A stretch of DNA of 64,000 nt, taken from positions 4,898,001 to 4,962,000 of the forward strand of contig OZ024752.1 of NCBI GenBank assembly GCA_964016885.1, written 5' to 3'. Shown piece after piece: positions 1 to 14,118 of the stretch. A model generated the notes under the pieces. The model was not told the DNA's origin. It worked only from the letters and a program-made list of their open reading frames with translations, and ran no database searches. Position 1 is the first letter of the stretch; each line of letters opens with the position of its first letter. Both the position numbers and the translations under genes were made by a program. This DNA comes from Eledone cirrhosa. Lineage: Eukaryota.

Positions 1-809
1 TAATATAATGAATATAAAAAAAGCAAATCACATAAATATAAAGAAGAAAATAAAAATTAAAAAAAAGATTAACAAACAAATGAACAACTAGAACAAAATA
101 AAAACATATTTGAAGCTTGCAACTCATGAAAGCAAATATCACATATCTATATATGGTTATAGAGCAATGTTGGAAAATTATAAAGGGAAACCTTGAAAAT
201 GTGGATGCTTCAAAGTATTTTGGTTGTCAAAAAAATTCTCTGAGATTTTGTAAGCACAAATGGATTAGATGAAAGAGTGAAATACTATACAACAAATTGA
301 AAAATGTTGTATGTAAACGATACTGTTCTGAGGAAATAGCATAAGATCTCACAGAGGAAATGTCAAATTATCTTTTCATTTATTTCACACGATTATATTA
401 TTTGAAAAATAAGTGATGTATAAGATACAGATGACCTTGTGAAAAATTTAAACTGCATTTCTGTTTGCCGGTTAGAATTTCTACAACATGAAATTCTATC
501 CAATATTATTGAAAACTGCCAAAAGTCATCTAAACAAAATAGGGGGGAAAAGGCTACAAATAAATATAAATTCAAAACCCAATAAAAAAACCAACAATCC
601 CAAAAAAGAAACTGAAGAAAGCAATAAAATAAATAAAAAGGATTTTGTTCAGCTGACATTTTTGATTAATTTCTCCTATTAATTGTTTAGAGGGTGTACA
701 TTTTTTGGCATTAATGTATTTGGTGTCGAAGTCAAGAGGGATATAGAATTTAGGGTGCTACAGATATTGCTACTGTGACATGTTGCTTTCACTGTAAATA
801 TGTTTGTTA

Positions 810-3015
810 TTGGGGTAGTATGTACCTTTCACTGTCAGTATATTTAATATTGGGGTAATGTCCTTCACTGTTAATATATTTAATATTGGGGTAATGTCCT
901 TCACTACTAATATATTTGATGTTGGGGTAACGTCCTTCACTGCTAATATATTTGATGTTGGGGTAATGTCCTTCACTGCTAATATATTTAATATTGGGGT
1001 AATGTCCTTCACTGCTAATATATTTGATGTTGGGGTAATGTCCTTCACTGCTAATATATTTGATGTTGGGGTAATGTCCTTCACTGCTAATATATTTGAT
1101 GTTGGGGTAACGTCCTTCACTACTAATATATTTGATGTTGGGGTAATGTCCTTCACTGCTAATATATTTGATGTTGGGGTAATGTCCTTCACTGCTAATA
1201 TATTTGATGTTGGGGTAACGTCCTTCACTGCTAATATATTTGATGTTGGGGTAATGTCCTTCACTGCTAATATATTTGATGTTGGGGTAACGTCCTTCAC
1301 TGCTAATATATTTGATGTTGGGGTAATGTCCTTCACTGCTAATATATTTGATGTTGGGGTAACGTCCTTCACTACTAATATATTTGATGTTGGGGTAACG
1401 TCCTTCACTGCTAATATATTTGATGTTGGGGTAACGTCCTTCACTGCTAATATATTTGATGTTGGGGTAACGTCCTTCACTGCTAATATATTTGATGTTG
1501 GGGTAACGTCCTTCACTACTAATATATTTGATGTTGGGGTAACGTCCTTCACTGCTAATATATTTGATGTTGGGGTAATGTCCTTCACTGCTAATATATT
1601 TGATGTTGGAGTAACGTCCTTCACTACTAATATATTTGATGTTGGGGTAACATCCTTCACTGCTAATATATTTGATGTTGGGGTAATGTCCTTCACTGCT
1701 AATATATTTGATGTTGGGGTAACGTCCTTCACTGCTAATATATTTGATGTTGGGGTAATGTCCTTCACTACTAATATATTTGATGTTGGGGTAATGTCCT
1801 TCACTACTAATATATTTGATGTTGGGGTAATGTCCTTCACTGCTAATATATTTGATGTTGGGGTAACATCCTTCACTGCTAATATATTTGATGTTGGGGT
1901 AATGTCCTTCACTGCTAATATATTTGATGTTGGGGTAACGTCCTTCACTGCTAATATATTTGATGTTGGGGTAATGTCCTTCACTACTAATATATTTGAT
2001 GTTGGGGTAATGTCCTTCACTACTAATATATTTGATGTTGGGGTAATGTCCTTCACTACTAATATATTTGATGTTGGGGTAATGTCCTTCACTACTAATA
2101 TATTTGATGTTGGGGTAATGTCCTTCACTACTAATATATTTGATGTTGGGGTAATGTCCTTCACTGCTAATATATTTGATGTTGGGGTAATGTCCTTCAC
2201 TACTAATATATTTGATGTTGGGGTAATGTCCTTCACTACTAATATATTTGATGTTGGGGTAATGTCCTTCACTACTAATATATTTGATGTTGGGGTAATG
2301 TCCTTCACTACTAATATATTTGATGTTGGGGTAACGTCCTTCACTACTAATATATTTGATGTTGGGGTAATGTCCTTCACTGCTAATATATTTGATGTTG
2401 GGGTAATGTCCTTCACTGCTAATATATTTGATGTTGGGGTAATGTCCTTCACTGCTAATATATTTAATATTGGGGTAATGTCCTTCACTGCTAATATATT
2501 TGATGTTGGGGTAATGTCCTTCACTGCTAATATATTTGATGTTGGGGTAACGTCCTTCACTGCTAATATATTTGATGTTGGGGTAATGTCCTTCACTACT
2601 AATATATTTGATGTTGGGGTAACGTCCTTCACTGCTAATATATTTGATGTTGGGGTAATGTCCTTCACTGCTAATATATTTGATGTTGGGGTAATGTCCT
2701 TCACTGCTAATATATTTGATGTTGGGGTAATGTCCTTCACTACTAATATATTTGATGTTGGGGTAACGTCCTTCACTACTAATATATTTGATGTTGGGGT
2801 AATGTCCTTCACTACTAATATATTTGATGTTGGGGTAATGTCCTTCACTACTAATATATTTGATGTTGGGGTAATGTCCTTCACTACTAATATATTTGAT
2901 GTTGGGGTAATGTCCTTCACTACTAATATATTTGATGTTGGGGTAATGTCCTTCACTGCTAATATATTTGATGTTGGGGTAACGTCCTTCACTGCTAATA
3001 TATTTGATGTTGGTT
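810..3015. repeat. 36-bp minisatellite, ~61 copies
   Basis: Unit TGGGGTAA(T/C)GTCCTTCACT(G/A)CTAATATATTTGATGT; explains the two long ORFs. Confidence 0.97.
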
Positions 3016-4444
3016 TACATGTGACCTTTACTCTAGGTATATTCTGTGTAGAAGACACAAGAAACAGTTTTTATCACATAGTTACCAAAAAGCAGTTTTA
3101 AGCATTTCTTTACATTACAATGTCTAATTCCTTCCTGTTTTATCTTAGAAGACATATTATACATACATACATTCAGATACTTTCATTCACAATTAGTTTC
3201 TCTTTTCCTACATCTTTTTATACTCACAAATTTATTAGAAGTGTTCAGGGACATTTGGAATTCCGAATATATACATGTACCCAGAACATACTGTAAAGTG
3301 GTTGGTAATAGGAAGGGTATCCGGCCATAGAAAGCTTGCCAAATGGTTGGGAGGTTTGTTCCCTCAGTCATGTCAAGGACATGATGGCCTCCTTAGTGTT
3401 GGTAATCTACACAACAAATGCACCCAGTACACACTGTAAAGTGGTTGGTGGTAGGAAGGGCATCCAGCCATTGAAACCCTGCCAAACATAAGGTTGAAGG
3501 GACCATTCAGTTGTGTCAAAGACATGGCGACCTCTTCTGTGCACTTGGTAGAACATGAGACCATATGTAAGCAAGACAACAGACTCCTTACCTGTCTGGG
3601 AGGTGAGTGGCCCTACTTCAGTACTAACTTGGTCTATGTAGACCTGTCCAACCCTTGCTAGCAGGGAAAACGGACTTAAAACAATAATGATAATGATGAC
3701 TCCTGGACATGTATGTCTGGTTTAGTTTAGTTAGACCATATCCCTGCATGTCATAAGAAGCAATTAAAATGCTTGGTATCAGGAATGGCATCTGGCTGTA
3801 AAACATTGCCTCAAAAAGTCCCATGCCAGCATTGAAAAGTCAATGTAAAAACCATGATGATGAGTCAATAAACTAAGACCTATGTAAAGGGTACATGTAT
3901 CTGTGAGATGCTCAGACACTTGCACATTACTATTTTACAAGCTGGCTATTCCATTATTTGTAAAACTGTAGCACTCATTGTCAAAACCAACAAACCAGAG
4001 ATTAACAAGTTTCTATATTTATTGCTAAAGTTCATGATTTTTTCTGTTCACTTCCAGAATCCCTTCTCCATTTTCCTTTGTAAATATCACTCTGTTTACA
4101 AGTTCACTACAGGATATTAAATTCACATGGTTACAACAATCAGTGACTTTTTAGTATATTTATTTAAATGTTGTTTTTTAATTTTGTTCATTATTTTGTT
4201 TATTTTTATAATTTTTCATATTTTATTGTTCTTTTTTATATTTTTCATTTTGTATTTTTTTTTTTCGTTTTTTTTTTTTATTCTGGATATATAAGTTTTT
4301 CTTTCAGTTTATTTATATATTTTCCTGTGTGATTTTTCTATATTTGGTTGATACTATTAAAACTAAGGGAGTATTTTCAGCAAGCTGACATTGTCTCGCA
4401 AATTGCATTCCAACAAAATACTACCATGTTGGGTACTGCAAATA

Positions 4445-4988
4445 TACTCAGGAAAATACTGTCTAAGGCCCTTGTTGAGGTGTGACAGGCAGTAGAAGAC
4501 CCAGTAGTTATTATATTTATTGTGATATACACAGGAAAGTACTGTCTAAGGTCCTTGTTGAGATGTGACAGGCAGTAGAAGACCCAGTAGTTACTATATT
4601 TACTGTGATATACACAGGAAAGTACTGTCTAAGGCCCTTGTTGAGGCGTGACAGGCAGTAGAAGACCCAGTAGTTATTATATTTACTGTGATATACACAG
4701 TAAAGTACTGTCTAAGGTCCTTGTTGAGGTGTGACAGGCAGTAGAAGACCCAGTAGTTATTATATTTACTGTGATATACACAGGAAAGTACTGTCTAAGG
4801 TCCTTGTTGAGATGTGACAGGCAGTAGGAGACCCAGTAGTTATTATATTTACTGTGATATACACAGTAAAGTACTGTCTAAGGTCCTTGTTGAGGTGTGA
4901 CAGGCAGTAGGAGACCCAGTAGTTATTATATTTACTGTGATATACACAGTAAAGTACTGTCTAAGGCCCTGTTGAGATGTGACAGGCA
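4445..4988. repeat. 83-bp minisatellite, ~6.5 copies
   Basis: tgtgacaggc recurs at 4481 and 4564 and continues with the same period. Confidence 0.93.
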
Positions 4989-5225
4989 TCACCATTGACT
5001 CGTAGTTTATTTATCAACATTGAAAGATACCACCAAGGTCAATTTCATGTTTTAACAACATAAAGTTGATCTTGCTGGCATTCAAACTCAGAGTACAGAG
5101 AGCATGGGATTAAATACTGCAAGGTATTAAATCCCATACTCTAACGACTCCCATACCTATTCACTGCTGACTTATCAACTTTCTTACATTTTGTTTTATC
5201 TTATCTTATCATTGTTTTATTTCAG

Positions 5226-5350
5226 CTGTACCAGAGTTTGTAATTTCCCCAACAAGCAAAATGATTGGCCTCGGAAGGACCCTGTCTCTCCAATGTGGAG
5301 CCAATGGTAGCCCTATTCCCGCAATTTATTGGCGGCAGGGCATAGACCAG
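5226..5350 (+). CDS. robo: Robo-like receptor exon (first half of an Ig domain, probably Ig4)
   Basis: ttcag acceptor and gtaag donor; reads (A)VPEFVISPTSKMIGLGRTLSLQCGANGSPIPAIYWRQGIDQ with the Ig Cys and Trp; ends in phase 0, matching the next exon. Absent from the ORF track. Confidence 0.88.
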
Positions 5351-5521
5351 GTAAGCTTTTACAAATTTCTGTTCATATTTATATATGTATGGTATGATCC
5401 TGTAACTCTTGGTGGAGTTATGGAGGCATCATATTGACATACAGCATTTCTAGGGCAATTTTTAAGCCTGGGTGAGCCCATCACTCTCAAAAGTCTGAAC
5501 ACAGCAGGTTTCTTCCAGTGA

Positions 5522-5549
<28 letters not shown>

Positions 5550-5558
<9 letters not shown>

Positions 5559-6741
5559 TAAACAAATAATGAATAAACAATTCCTTATATTAAACAAAAA
5601 AAGTTCATTATTTAACGATCGTTTCTAGGGCATATATGTGTTATAATTGGTATGCATATTCAACAGATCTATGTACAAAATTATACAAAATTATACAAAT
5701 TATCAAGATTAAATATACATACCTAACACATATATACGCCGTCTTCAGAAATAATGAAGTATATTTATTGATAATAACAACAATTCAAAATATCAGTTCA
5801 AAATTGACCAATGAAAACACAAAGGGTTAAAAGCAGTTCGGTGTGTGTATATACATGTAAAATCCTTACACATATTTTACAAAAATGTGTGTATAATTTG
5901 TATACGCATACTAAAAAGATGGATGCAAACACAAAATTTCAAGGTTAATATCTCTGTAAGCTTAATGCGCTGATAAGATGCGCATTGATACTTATGGAGT
6001 CAAGCATATAAATATATTTTTTCATACTCACACATATCAGTATAATCACACATACATGCGCGTATATGCATAAATATACACATAACCACGAACATACAAA
6101 CACACACACTCCCCCACTCACATTTATATATGTGGATATAAAATCATAAGCACATAGAAATTAAATCACTCACATAAAACACTGGCACACACATTTCAAG
6201 ATCAAGATACAGAAATTAGGTGGGAGGGGGGGGAGGGGTCAGTATTCAATTGTCTGAGCAGACTGCCTAATATAAATGTATCTATAAATTAAGAAAAATA
6301 AAAAAATAAAACAATAAAATATAATAACTATAATATAATATATATACACATACAGATATATAAACACACATACATACATGTACGCACACATAGAGATATT
6401 TACGCATACACACATACACACATACATATACAGTCATACACACACATACACTTACACGAACATACACATACACATATAAAAAGATATATATATACACACA
6501 CACACACGCGCAACACATATACACATACACATATATATAAAAAAAAAAAAAAAAAAAAATATAGATAATAAAGATATATATCCATATATACATACATACA
6601 CACACACATATATATATATATACACATATATATATATATATATACATATATATACATATACATACACATACATCTAAATATACATACACATACATACACA
6701 CATACATGTACATACATGTACATACATATACGCACATCGAA

Positions 6742-6786
<45 letters not shown>

Positions 6787-7126
6787 TACACTCACATAGA
6801 CATATAGATACATACACACACAACTTACATACACACGTATATATATATATATATATAGATGTACCTTCATACATAGAATTAGATATATAATCATACATAC
6901 ATATGCACCTACTTATACTCATATATATAAATACATACGCTTCCATAAATGTGTATATACATAAAAAACAATACAACCTCACCAAACTCAGACATACAAA
7001 TAAAGATAATAATAAAAAATAATAATAAAAAGGCATATGTATGTACATACACACACGCATTAATAGAGATATATATATATATACACACACACATACACAT
7101 ATATATATACATACACACACACACAT

Positions 7127-7181
<55 letters not shown>

Positions 7182-7187
7182 TAGACT

Positions 7188-7228
<41 letters not shown>

Positions 7229-7933
7229 ATATATATCCACACACACATACCACCATAAAAACACATACAAACACCCACATGTATATATATATATATACAT
7301 ATCCATATACACACACGTACACATATATACATATATATACACATATATATATATATATACACACACATAAAAAACAGACATGCACATATATATATATATA
7401 TATATTTTATTACTCTTATATATACACATATTATATATACATACACAACCTCACTTATACACATATACACATAAGTTATATTATAATAATAAAGAATAAT
7501 ATACATATATATATATACATATACATATATATATATATATATATATACATACATACATACACATACATACATACACATAAATATATACATACATAAATAC
7601 ACACATACGAATAAAGACATATATTCACACATAGACACCTATATATATATATATATGTATATTATTCTTTATTATTATAATATAACTTATGTGTATATGT
7701 GTATAAGTGAGGTTGTGTATGTATATATAATATGTGTATATATAAGAGTAATAAAATATATATATATATATATATGTGCATGTCTGTTTTTTATGTGTGT
7801 GTATATATATATATATATGTGTATATATATGTATATATGTGTACGTGTGTGTATATGGATATGTATATATATATATATACATGTGGGTGTTTGTATGTGT
7901 TTTTATGGTGGTATGTGTGTGTGGATATATATG

Positions 7934-7990
<57 letters not shown>

Positions 7991-7996
7991 AGTCTA

Positions 7997-8049
<53 letters not shown>

Positions 8050-8389
8050 ATGTGTGTGTGTGTATGTATATATATATGTGTATGTGTGTGTGTATATATA
8101 TATATATCTCTATTAATGCGTGTGTGTATGTACATACATATGCCTTTTTATTATTATTTTTTATTATTATCTTTATTTGTATGTCTGAGTTTGGTGAGGT
8201 TGTATTGTTTTTTATGTATATACACATTTATGGAAGCGTATGTATTTATATATATGAGTATAAGTAGGTGCATATGTATGTATGATTATATATCTAATTC
8301 TATGTATGAAGGTACATCTATATATATATATATATATACGTGTGTATGTAAGTTGTGTGTGTATGTATCTATATGTCTATGTGAGTGTA

Positions 8390-8432
<43 letters not shown>

Positions 8433-9760
8433 TTCGATGTGCGTATATGTATGTACATGTATGTACATGTATGTGTGTATGTATGTGTATGTATATTTAG
8501 ATGTATGTGTATGTATATGTATATATATGTATATATATATATATATATGTGTATATATATATATATGTGTGTGTGTATGTATGTATATATGGATATATAT
8601 CTTTATTATCTATATTTTTTTTTTTTTTTTTTTTTTATATATATGTGTATGTGTATATGTGTTGCGCGTGTGTGTGTGTGTATATATATATCTTTTTATA
8701 TGTGTATGTGTATGTTCGTGTAAGTGTATGTGTGTGTATGACTGTATATGTATGTGTGTATGTGTGTATGCGTAAATATCTCTATGTGTGCGTACATGTA
8801 TGTATGTGTGTTTATATATCTGTATGTGTATATATATTATATTATAGTTATTATATTTTATTGTTTTATTTTTTTATTTTTCTTAATTTATAGATACATT
8901 TATATTAGGCAGTCTGCTCAGACAATTGAATACTGACCCCTCCCCCCCCCTCCCACCTAATTTCTGTATCTTGATCTTGAAATGTGTGTGCCAGTGTTTT
9001 ATGTGAGTGATTTAATTTCTATGTGCTTATGATTTTATATCCACATATATAAATGTGAGTGGGGGAGTGTGTGTGTTTGTATGTTCGTGGTTATGTGTAT
9101 ATTTATGCATATACGCGCATGTATGTGTGATTATACTGATATGTGTGAGTATGAAAAAATATATTTATATGCTTGACTCCATAAGTATCAATGCGCATCT
9201 TATCAGCGCATTAAGCTTACAGAGATATTAACCTTGAAATTTTGTGTTTGCATCCATCTTTTTAGTATGCGTATACAAATTATACACACATTTTTGTAAA
9301 ATATGTGTAAGGATTTTACATGTATATACACACACCGAACTGCTTTTAACCCTTTGTGTTTTCATTGGTCAATTTTGAACTGATATTTTGAATTGTTGTT
9401 ATTATCAATAAATATACTTCATTATTTCTGAAGACGGCGTATATATGTGTTAGGTATGTATATTTAATCTTGATAATTTGTATAATTTTGTATAATTTTG
9501 TACATAGATCTGTTGAATATGCATACCAATTATAACACATATATGCCCTAGAAACGATCGTTAAATAATGAACTTTTTTTGTTTAATATAAGGAATTGTT
9601 TATTCATTATTTGTTTAATATTTTATCTTGACTCTGTATACCGTTTATCTTTCACCGAAAGTGGATTTTCATTACATCTCTTCTTTCCATGATATCCGGA
9701 ATACATTGAGTTCTTCATACGGATTGGACACTACCGTAAACTCTTGGTAGATTTATCTAC
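5550..9760 (+). mobile_element. ~4 kb fold-back, Penelope-like (pLTR-type) insertion in a (TA)n tract
   Basis: Arms ~5550-7517 and ~7644-9626 are reverse complements; a unique tail runs to ~9760; (TA)n lies on both sides; a hammerhead-like motif sits near each arm's outer end. The inverted repeat is directly visible; the Penelope origin is inferred. Confidence 0.75.
9418..9572 (+). ncRNA. Type I hammerhead-like motif with a long stem II (mirror copy 5604-5758 on the - strand)
   Basis: TTCATTATTT-CTGAAGA-[~115-nt self-complementary stem II]-GAAA-CGATCG-TT-AAATAATGAA: 10-bp stem I and palindromic stem III. The base of stem II is imperfect. Confidence 0.7.
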
Positions 9761-10321
9761 ATATATATATATATATATATATATGAAGCAATGATTGTTT
9801 CTACTTTTGGGACAAGGCCAGCAATTATCTCAGTGCATTACTGGTACTTTATTTTATCGACCCCCCCCCCCCCCCCGTAAGAATGAAAAGCAAAGTTAAC
9901 CTGAACAGGATTTGAACCGAGACCTAAAGGGCCGTAACTCTATGCTACAAAGCATGGCGTCCGACCCTCTACCGTTACTGCCAATCCAGTTTTAATTTTG
10001 CCAAGGTCAACACTATTTCTTTTTGCTAAAGTATCCTTGCACTTTAGGATGGCAGTTTTATGTACTTTTTCAAATAAAATTACTCTCATATTTATACTCC
10101 CCTTCTTTTCATTACCCCTCTTTCTCATCCTCTTTCTTTTCATGTATTGGTTTCCCCTTTTTTCTCCTCCTCTCTCAGCTAATCCCTTCTCAATCGACAC
10201 TTACACTTGTGTCAAGTATGAATCTTTAAAAGGCTGTAATATAAATATTGTGTGTGTGTATGGACATATATATATATATGTATATATATATATATTTATA
10301 TATATATATATACACACACAC

Positions 10322-10356
<35 letters not shown>

Positions 10357-10789
10357 CACACACACGTGTGTATATAAATATATGTAAGTGTCCCCACAGG
10401 GATTAATGATTATGTGTATATATATATATATATGTGTGTGTGTGTGCACGCATGCATATATATAAATTTATATATGTGGTTGAACAAGTGTCATATGTCA
10501 AAAGAAGGACCATTTGATATAATAGACACAGAGTTAAATATTGCAGTCATAGAATATCAGAATGTTACTCATAGTTTCAAACAAATATAATAATACTAAC
10601 ACAAATGTTAATACTTTATTGAGTTTGGCAGTAGCACTAAGATAACGTTGTGCATAATAGAGGTGTATATGAAAACATATATGATATGTTTATGTACAAT
10701 AAATATATGAGAGCTTCACTGTGAAGATCCTAATGTGGAGTATGGATGTTAAACAATGATGATGATGATAATAAAACTTGGGTGTGGGT

Positions 10790-11100
10790 AGTTCAAGTTT
10801 GGAAGATCCTACACAGATGGAGGTAGGTTAGGGTTTTGTGGAAATAAAATAAAGCTCAAGTATGGACAGTACATAATTGGATGAGCCTACACAAATTTAT
10901 GGTCCATTCTGGGGTAGATTATACCTTTGTGGAAATATGATAAAGCTCAGGTTTGGACAGTACATATTTGTAAGATCCTACAAAAATGGACAGTGGTCCA
11001 TTTTGTGGGAGATGAGGCTTTTGTGAAATAAGATAAAGCTCAGGTTTGGACAGTGGTCCATGTTGAGAAGAGGTTAGGGTTTTGTGAAAATAGACCAATA
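10790..11100. repeat. Degenerate tandem repeat, 3-4 copies
   Basis: Recurring ttttgtg(g/a)aaat...ataaagctcag(g)tttggacagt. Confidence 0.6.
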
Positions 11101-11127
11101 CTTGGGTGTTAGGAACTTTTTAACTGG

Positions 11128-11469
11128 TGACAATCGTTTCTTCAAAACTTTCGTTTGGAATCATCAGAGCATTAGCAAAGTTTAAAGACATATAAGTAAC
11201 CTCCTATTCCACAGTAAAGATACATAGATGTTAGTGTTGTCATTAACAGTGTCATATTTAAAGAGTGAAGATGATGTGGTCAGTATCAGTGGATGCGACA
11301 AAGATTATAAAAGAATAATACAACAATCTTTAAATATGACACTGTTAATGACCACACCAACATCTATGTATCTTTACGATTGTTCTGTGGAATAGGAGGT
11401 TAATTACATGTCTAAACTTTGCTAGTGCTCCGATGATTCCAAACGAAAGTTTGGAAGAAACGATTGTCA
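11128..11469. mobile_element. Fold-back element with a hammerhead motif in each arm
   Basis: Arms ~11128-11264 and ~11327-11469. The - strand reads GCT-CTGATGA-TTCCAAAC-GAAA-GTTTTGAA-GAAA-CGATTG-TC; the + copy has CCGATGA. AATAAA follows. Confidence 0.8.
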
Positions 11470-12029
11470 ACAATAAAATGTTTTGAACATAGTTTTGATT
11501 ATTCTGTAATTTATATTCTGGCTCTGTAAAACATCTGATGTATTTGCATTGAGCTATTTTTCTTACTGGTAATAAGGTAGTAATGAGTTACTGACCTTTC
11601 CTGTTTATAATTATATATAGTGTATATATAAGTATAAATAATATTATTATTATTATATATATATATATATATACACACACATATATAATATATACACACA
11701 CACAGCCATAGGTTTCCTTCATGTTTACTAGAAATTTTAGATTTTTCTTTTAATCACACACACATATCTACACACATAACTACATTGGGTTACATGATTA
11801 GACACTAGACAAGATCCTAGCCATTCATGTTAAAACCCTAAAAGCTACTAACCAACACCAGAAATTTCCATATGAACAGTGATACCTAAAATGAAGTAAG
11901 AAGACGGAGGTTTAACCTGAATCTAAATAATCTTTGTTTTGTCACATTCTACCATTTCAACAACAGTAAATACCAAGAGTTTGAGTGCAACCATAGATCA
12001 TATTTGCCATACATGAGACAAATGACATC

Positions 12030-12310
12030 ATGAGAGTTGAAAAAAAAGGAATTCCTTGGAAAATATTCTTTTGCCCTGAAGGAGTGTCTTAAACAAGGAG
12101 TTGTGGTGGGGTACATGACCATACCGGGCAAGCTTCTGTCTTTTCACCATTGGAAGGAGTAGTTCCTCTCTGCCAGCATATTTGTTAACTTGTTGCCTGA
12201 CAAAGCTGTTTGTTTTGTGTTCCGTGTATGAGATGTGTAGCAACTTTCTGAAGCACATGTACGCAAATGACTGGATTCTTCATTCTTCAGAAGGATCGAA
12301 GTCACCAAGG
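12030..12310 (-). mobile_element. RTE LINE C-terminal fragment
   Basis: CFRKLLHISYTEHKTN...KRQKLARYGHV...LFKTLLQG, a typical RTE ORF C-terminus. Confidence 0.75.
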
Positions 12311-13419
12311 ATATGTGTATATACTGCATTAATCATGGCCCAAACAATACATAATGCAATACGTAAAAAGATTAGTCCTGAATACAAGAATAAAAGAAGT
12401 TGTACTGATGTGTGGGGTATAATCATTCATAATATGAAAGAAAACACTGGGAATTTTCCTGCCAAACCTCAATAAAATGTAGACACAACAGATGAAATAT
12501 AATGAACTGGGAATGAGAAAAGAATCTCTTTACAGTAGTAGAAACAAGTTGCCCAGCAGATGTTAATATAATGTTAAAGATTAGTGAAAAGGAAACATTT
12601 ATGCTGAACTAATGAGAAATCTGATGTTATTTCACACAGAATACAGCTTTAAATTTATACCAGTAATTATTGACACTTGGATATGTAACTAACTGTCACA
12701 GAACTAAACTTGAGACATTGGTCTTCACAATGCCAGAAAGGACAATACTGATTAGGAAATTACAGTTGCAAGCCATTAATAGAACTGTCAAAATATGTAA
12801 ACCATTCCAGGGGGAAGTTTTAAATGTAATAAGGGCATATGCCCATGTAGGCATGCAAACATATGTATGTCATCATCATTTTACATCAGCTTTTCCCTGC
12901 TTGCAATGGTGGGACAGGTCTTATTAAGCACGGCATCTCTCGACTCGTCACAGTCCTTTGTCATCTCCTCCGTGAGCTTCAGCAATCTGAGGTCTGCTCT
13001 CACCACCTCCGCCCATGTTTTTTTCTGGTCTTCCTCATCTGCGTCTTCTTTCTACTGGGATTTCTTGGTACTTCTTTACCCAGCAGTCATCTTCCATGCG
13101 CATCACATGTCCATACCAACGCAGATCACAGTATTTTGATATTAGTTCTAACTCTCTGCACATTGAGCTCAAATCTTGCTGAGATCAAGCTTGTATTTTA
13201 TACTATCAGGTTCTTGTATTTTATTTACTCATCCTAAGCAAGGCAATAAAGCCACTAAAACGCAAGAGTTATCACTGATAAGGGATAAGGACAAGAGAGA
13301 AGGAGAGAGAGAAAACATAAATGAAGGAGAGACAAGATGACTGTATACATATATATATATATCTGTCTACACAAGTACATATGTCTATACATATGGATAC
13401 ATATATATATATAACTTAT

Positions 13420-13760
13420 GGAGGCACATGGCTTAGTGGTTAGAGCATTGGGCTTGCAATCGAAAGATTGTGAGTTCAATTCTCAGACCGGGTGATGTGT
13501 TGTTTCCTTGAGCAAGACACTTTATTTCACATTGCTTCAGTTTACTCAGCTGTAGAAATGAGATGAAGGGGACTGAGGTCCCTATCATTCCACTGCAAAG
13601 TGGTCGTGTAGGTGCCACGGCAAAAAAGCACCCAGCACTCACTGTAAATGAGGTTGGTGTTAGGAAGGGCATCCAGCTGTAGAAATCAAGCCAGAATCAG
13701 TTCCCGTCCCACCCTTGCAAGCAGGGAAAAAGCGGACGTAAAATGAAATGATGAATGATG
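13420..13760 (+). mobile_element. tRNA-derived SINE, family 1 (CORE-like body, RTE-type tail)
   Basis: A box TGGCTTAGTGG, B box GAGTTCAATTC, CCTTGAGCAAGACACTT body, (ATG)n tail. Other copies: 22760-23109 +, 24534-24791 + (5' truncated), 28760-29100 -, 34325-34657 -, 49737-50080 +. Confidence 0.9.
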
Positions 13761-13778
13761 ATATATATATATATATAT

Positions 13779-14070
13779 AAACGGAAAAAATGAAGCAAAA
13801 TTTCATTTCCCACTCTTAGTACGGCTGTTACTTAAATATAAGTATGTATACGTACATACATATATGTATACAGACGTACAGTAGTATGTATATATATATA
13901 TACATATATGCACACATATATATATGTACGTATGGGTTTACCGAACATTTATTATAATGCTCGGTGTGTTTGTAAACAAACATCCCGTATTAAGCCGTAC
14001 AGTGTCAAGCAACCATCGATGCTCGTTTGACAAAAGAAAGCTGTACTAGTTTCAAGCTTATTAGCTATCG

Positions 14071-14073
<3 letters not shown>
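13779..14073 (-). mobile_element. Permuted partial copy of the 431-nt hammerhead element
   Basis: Matches 20107-20261 and then runs on into 19830-19979; flanked by (TA)n; truncated inside the ribozyme core. Confidence 0.8.

Positions 14074-14118
<45 letters not shown>

Noticed and set aside
770-3101. 762-aa and 747-aa ORFs as proteins
   Set aside because: They coincide with a 36-bp minisatellite, are open on both strands and have no unique domain.
6239-8936. Many YI/CV/HT-rich ORFs here and at 16900-19900, 22000-23500 and 40100-43100
   Set aside because: Translations of TA/CA microsatellites.
13420-13492. tRNA gene
   Set aside because: The A and B boxes are a SINE head that continues into a repeated body and tail.
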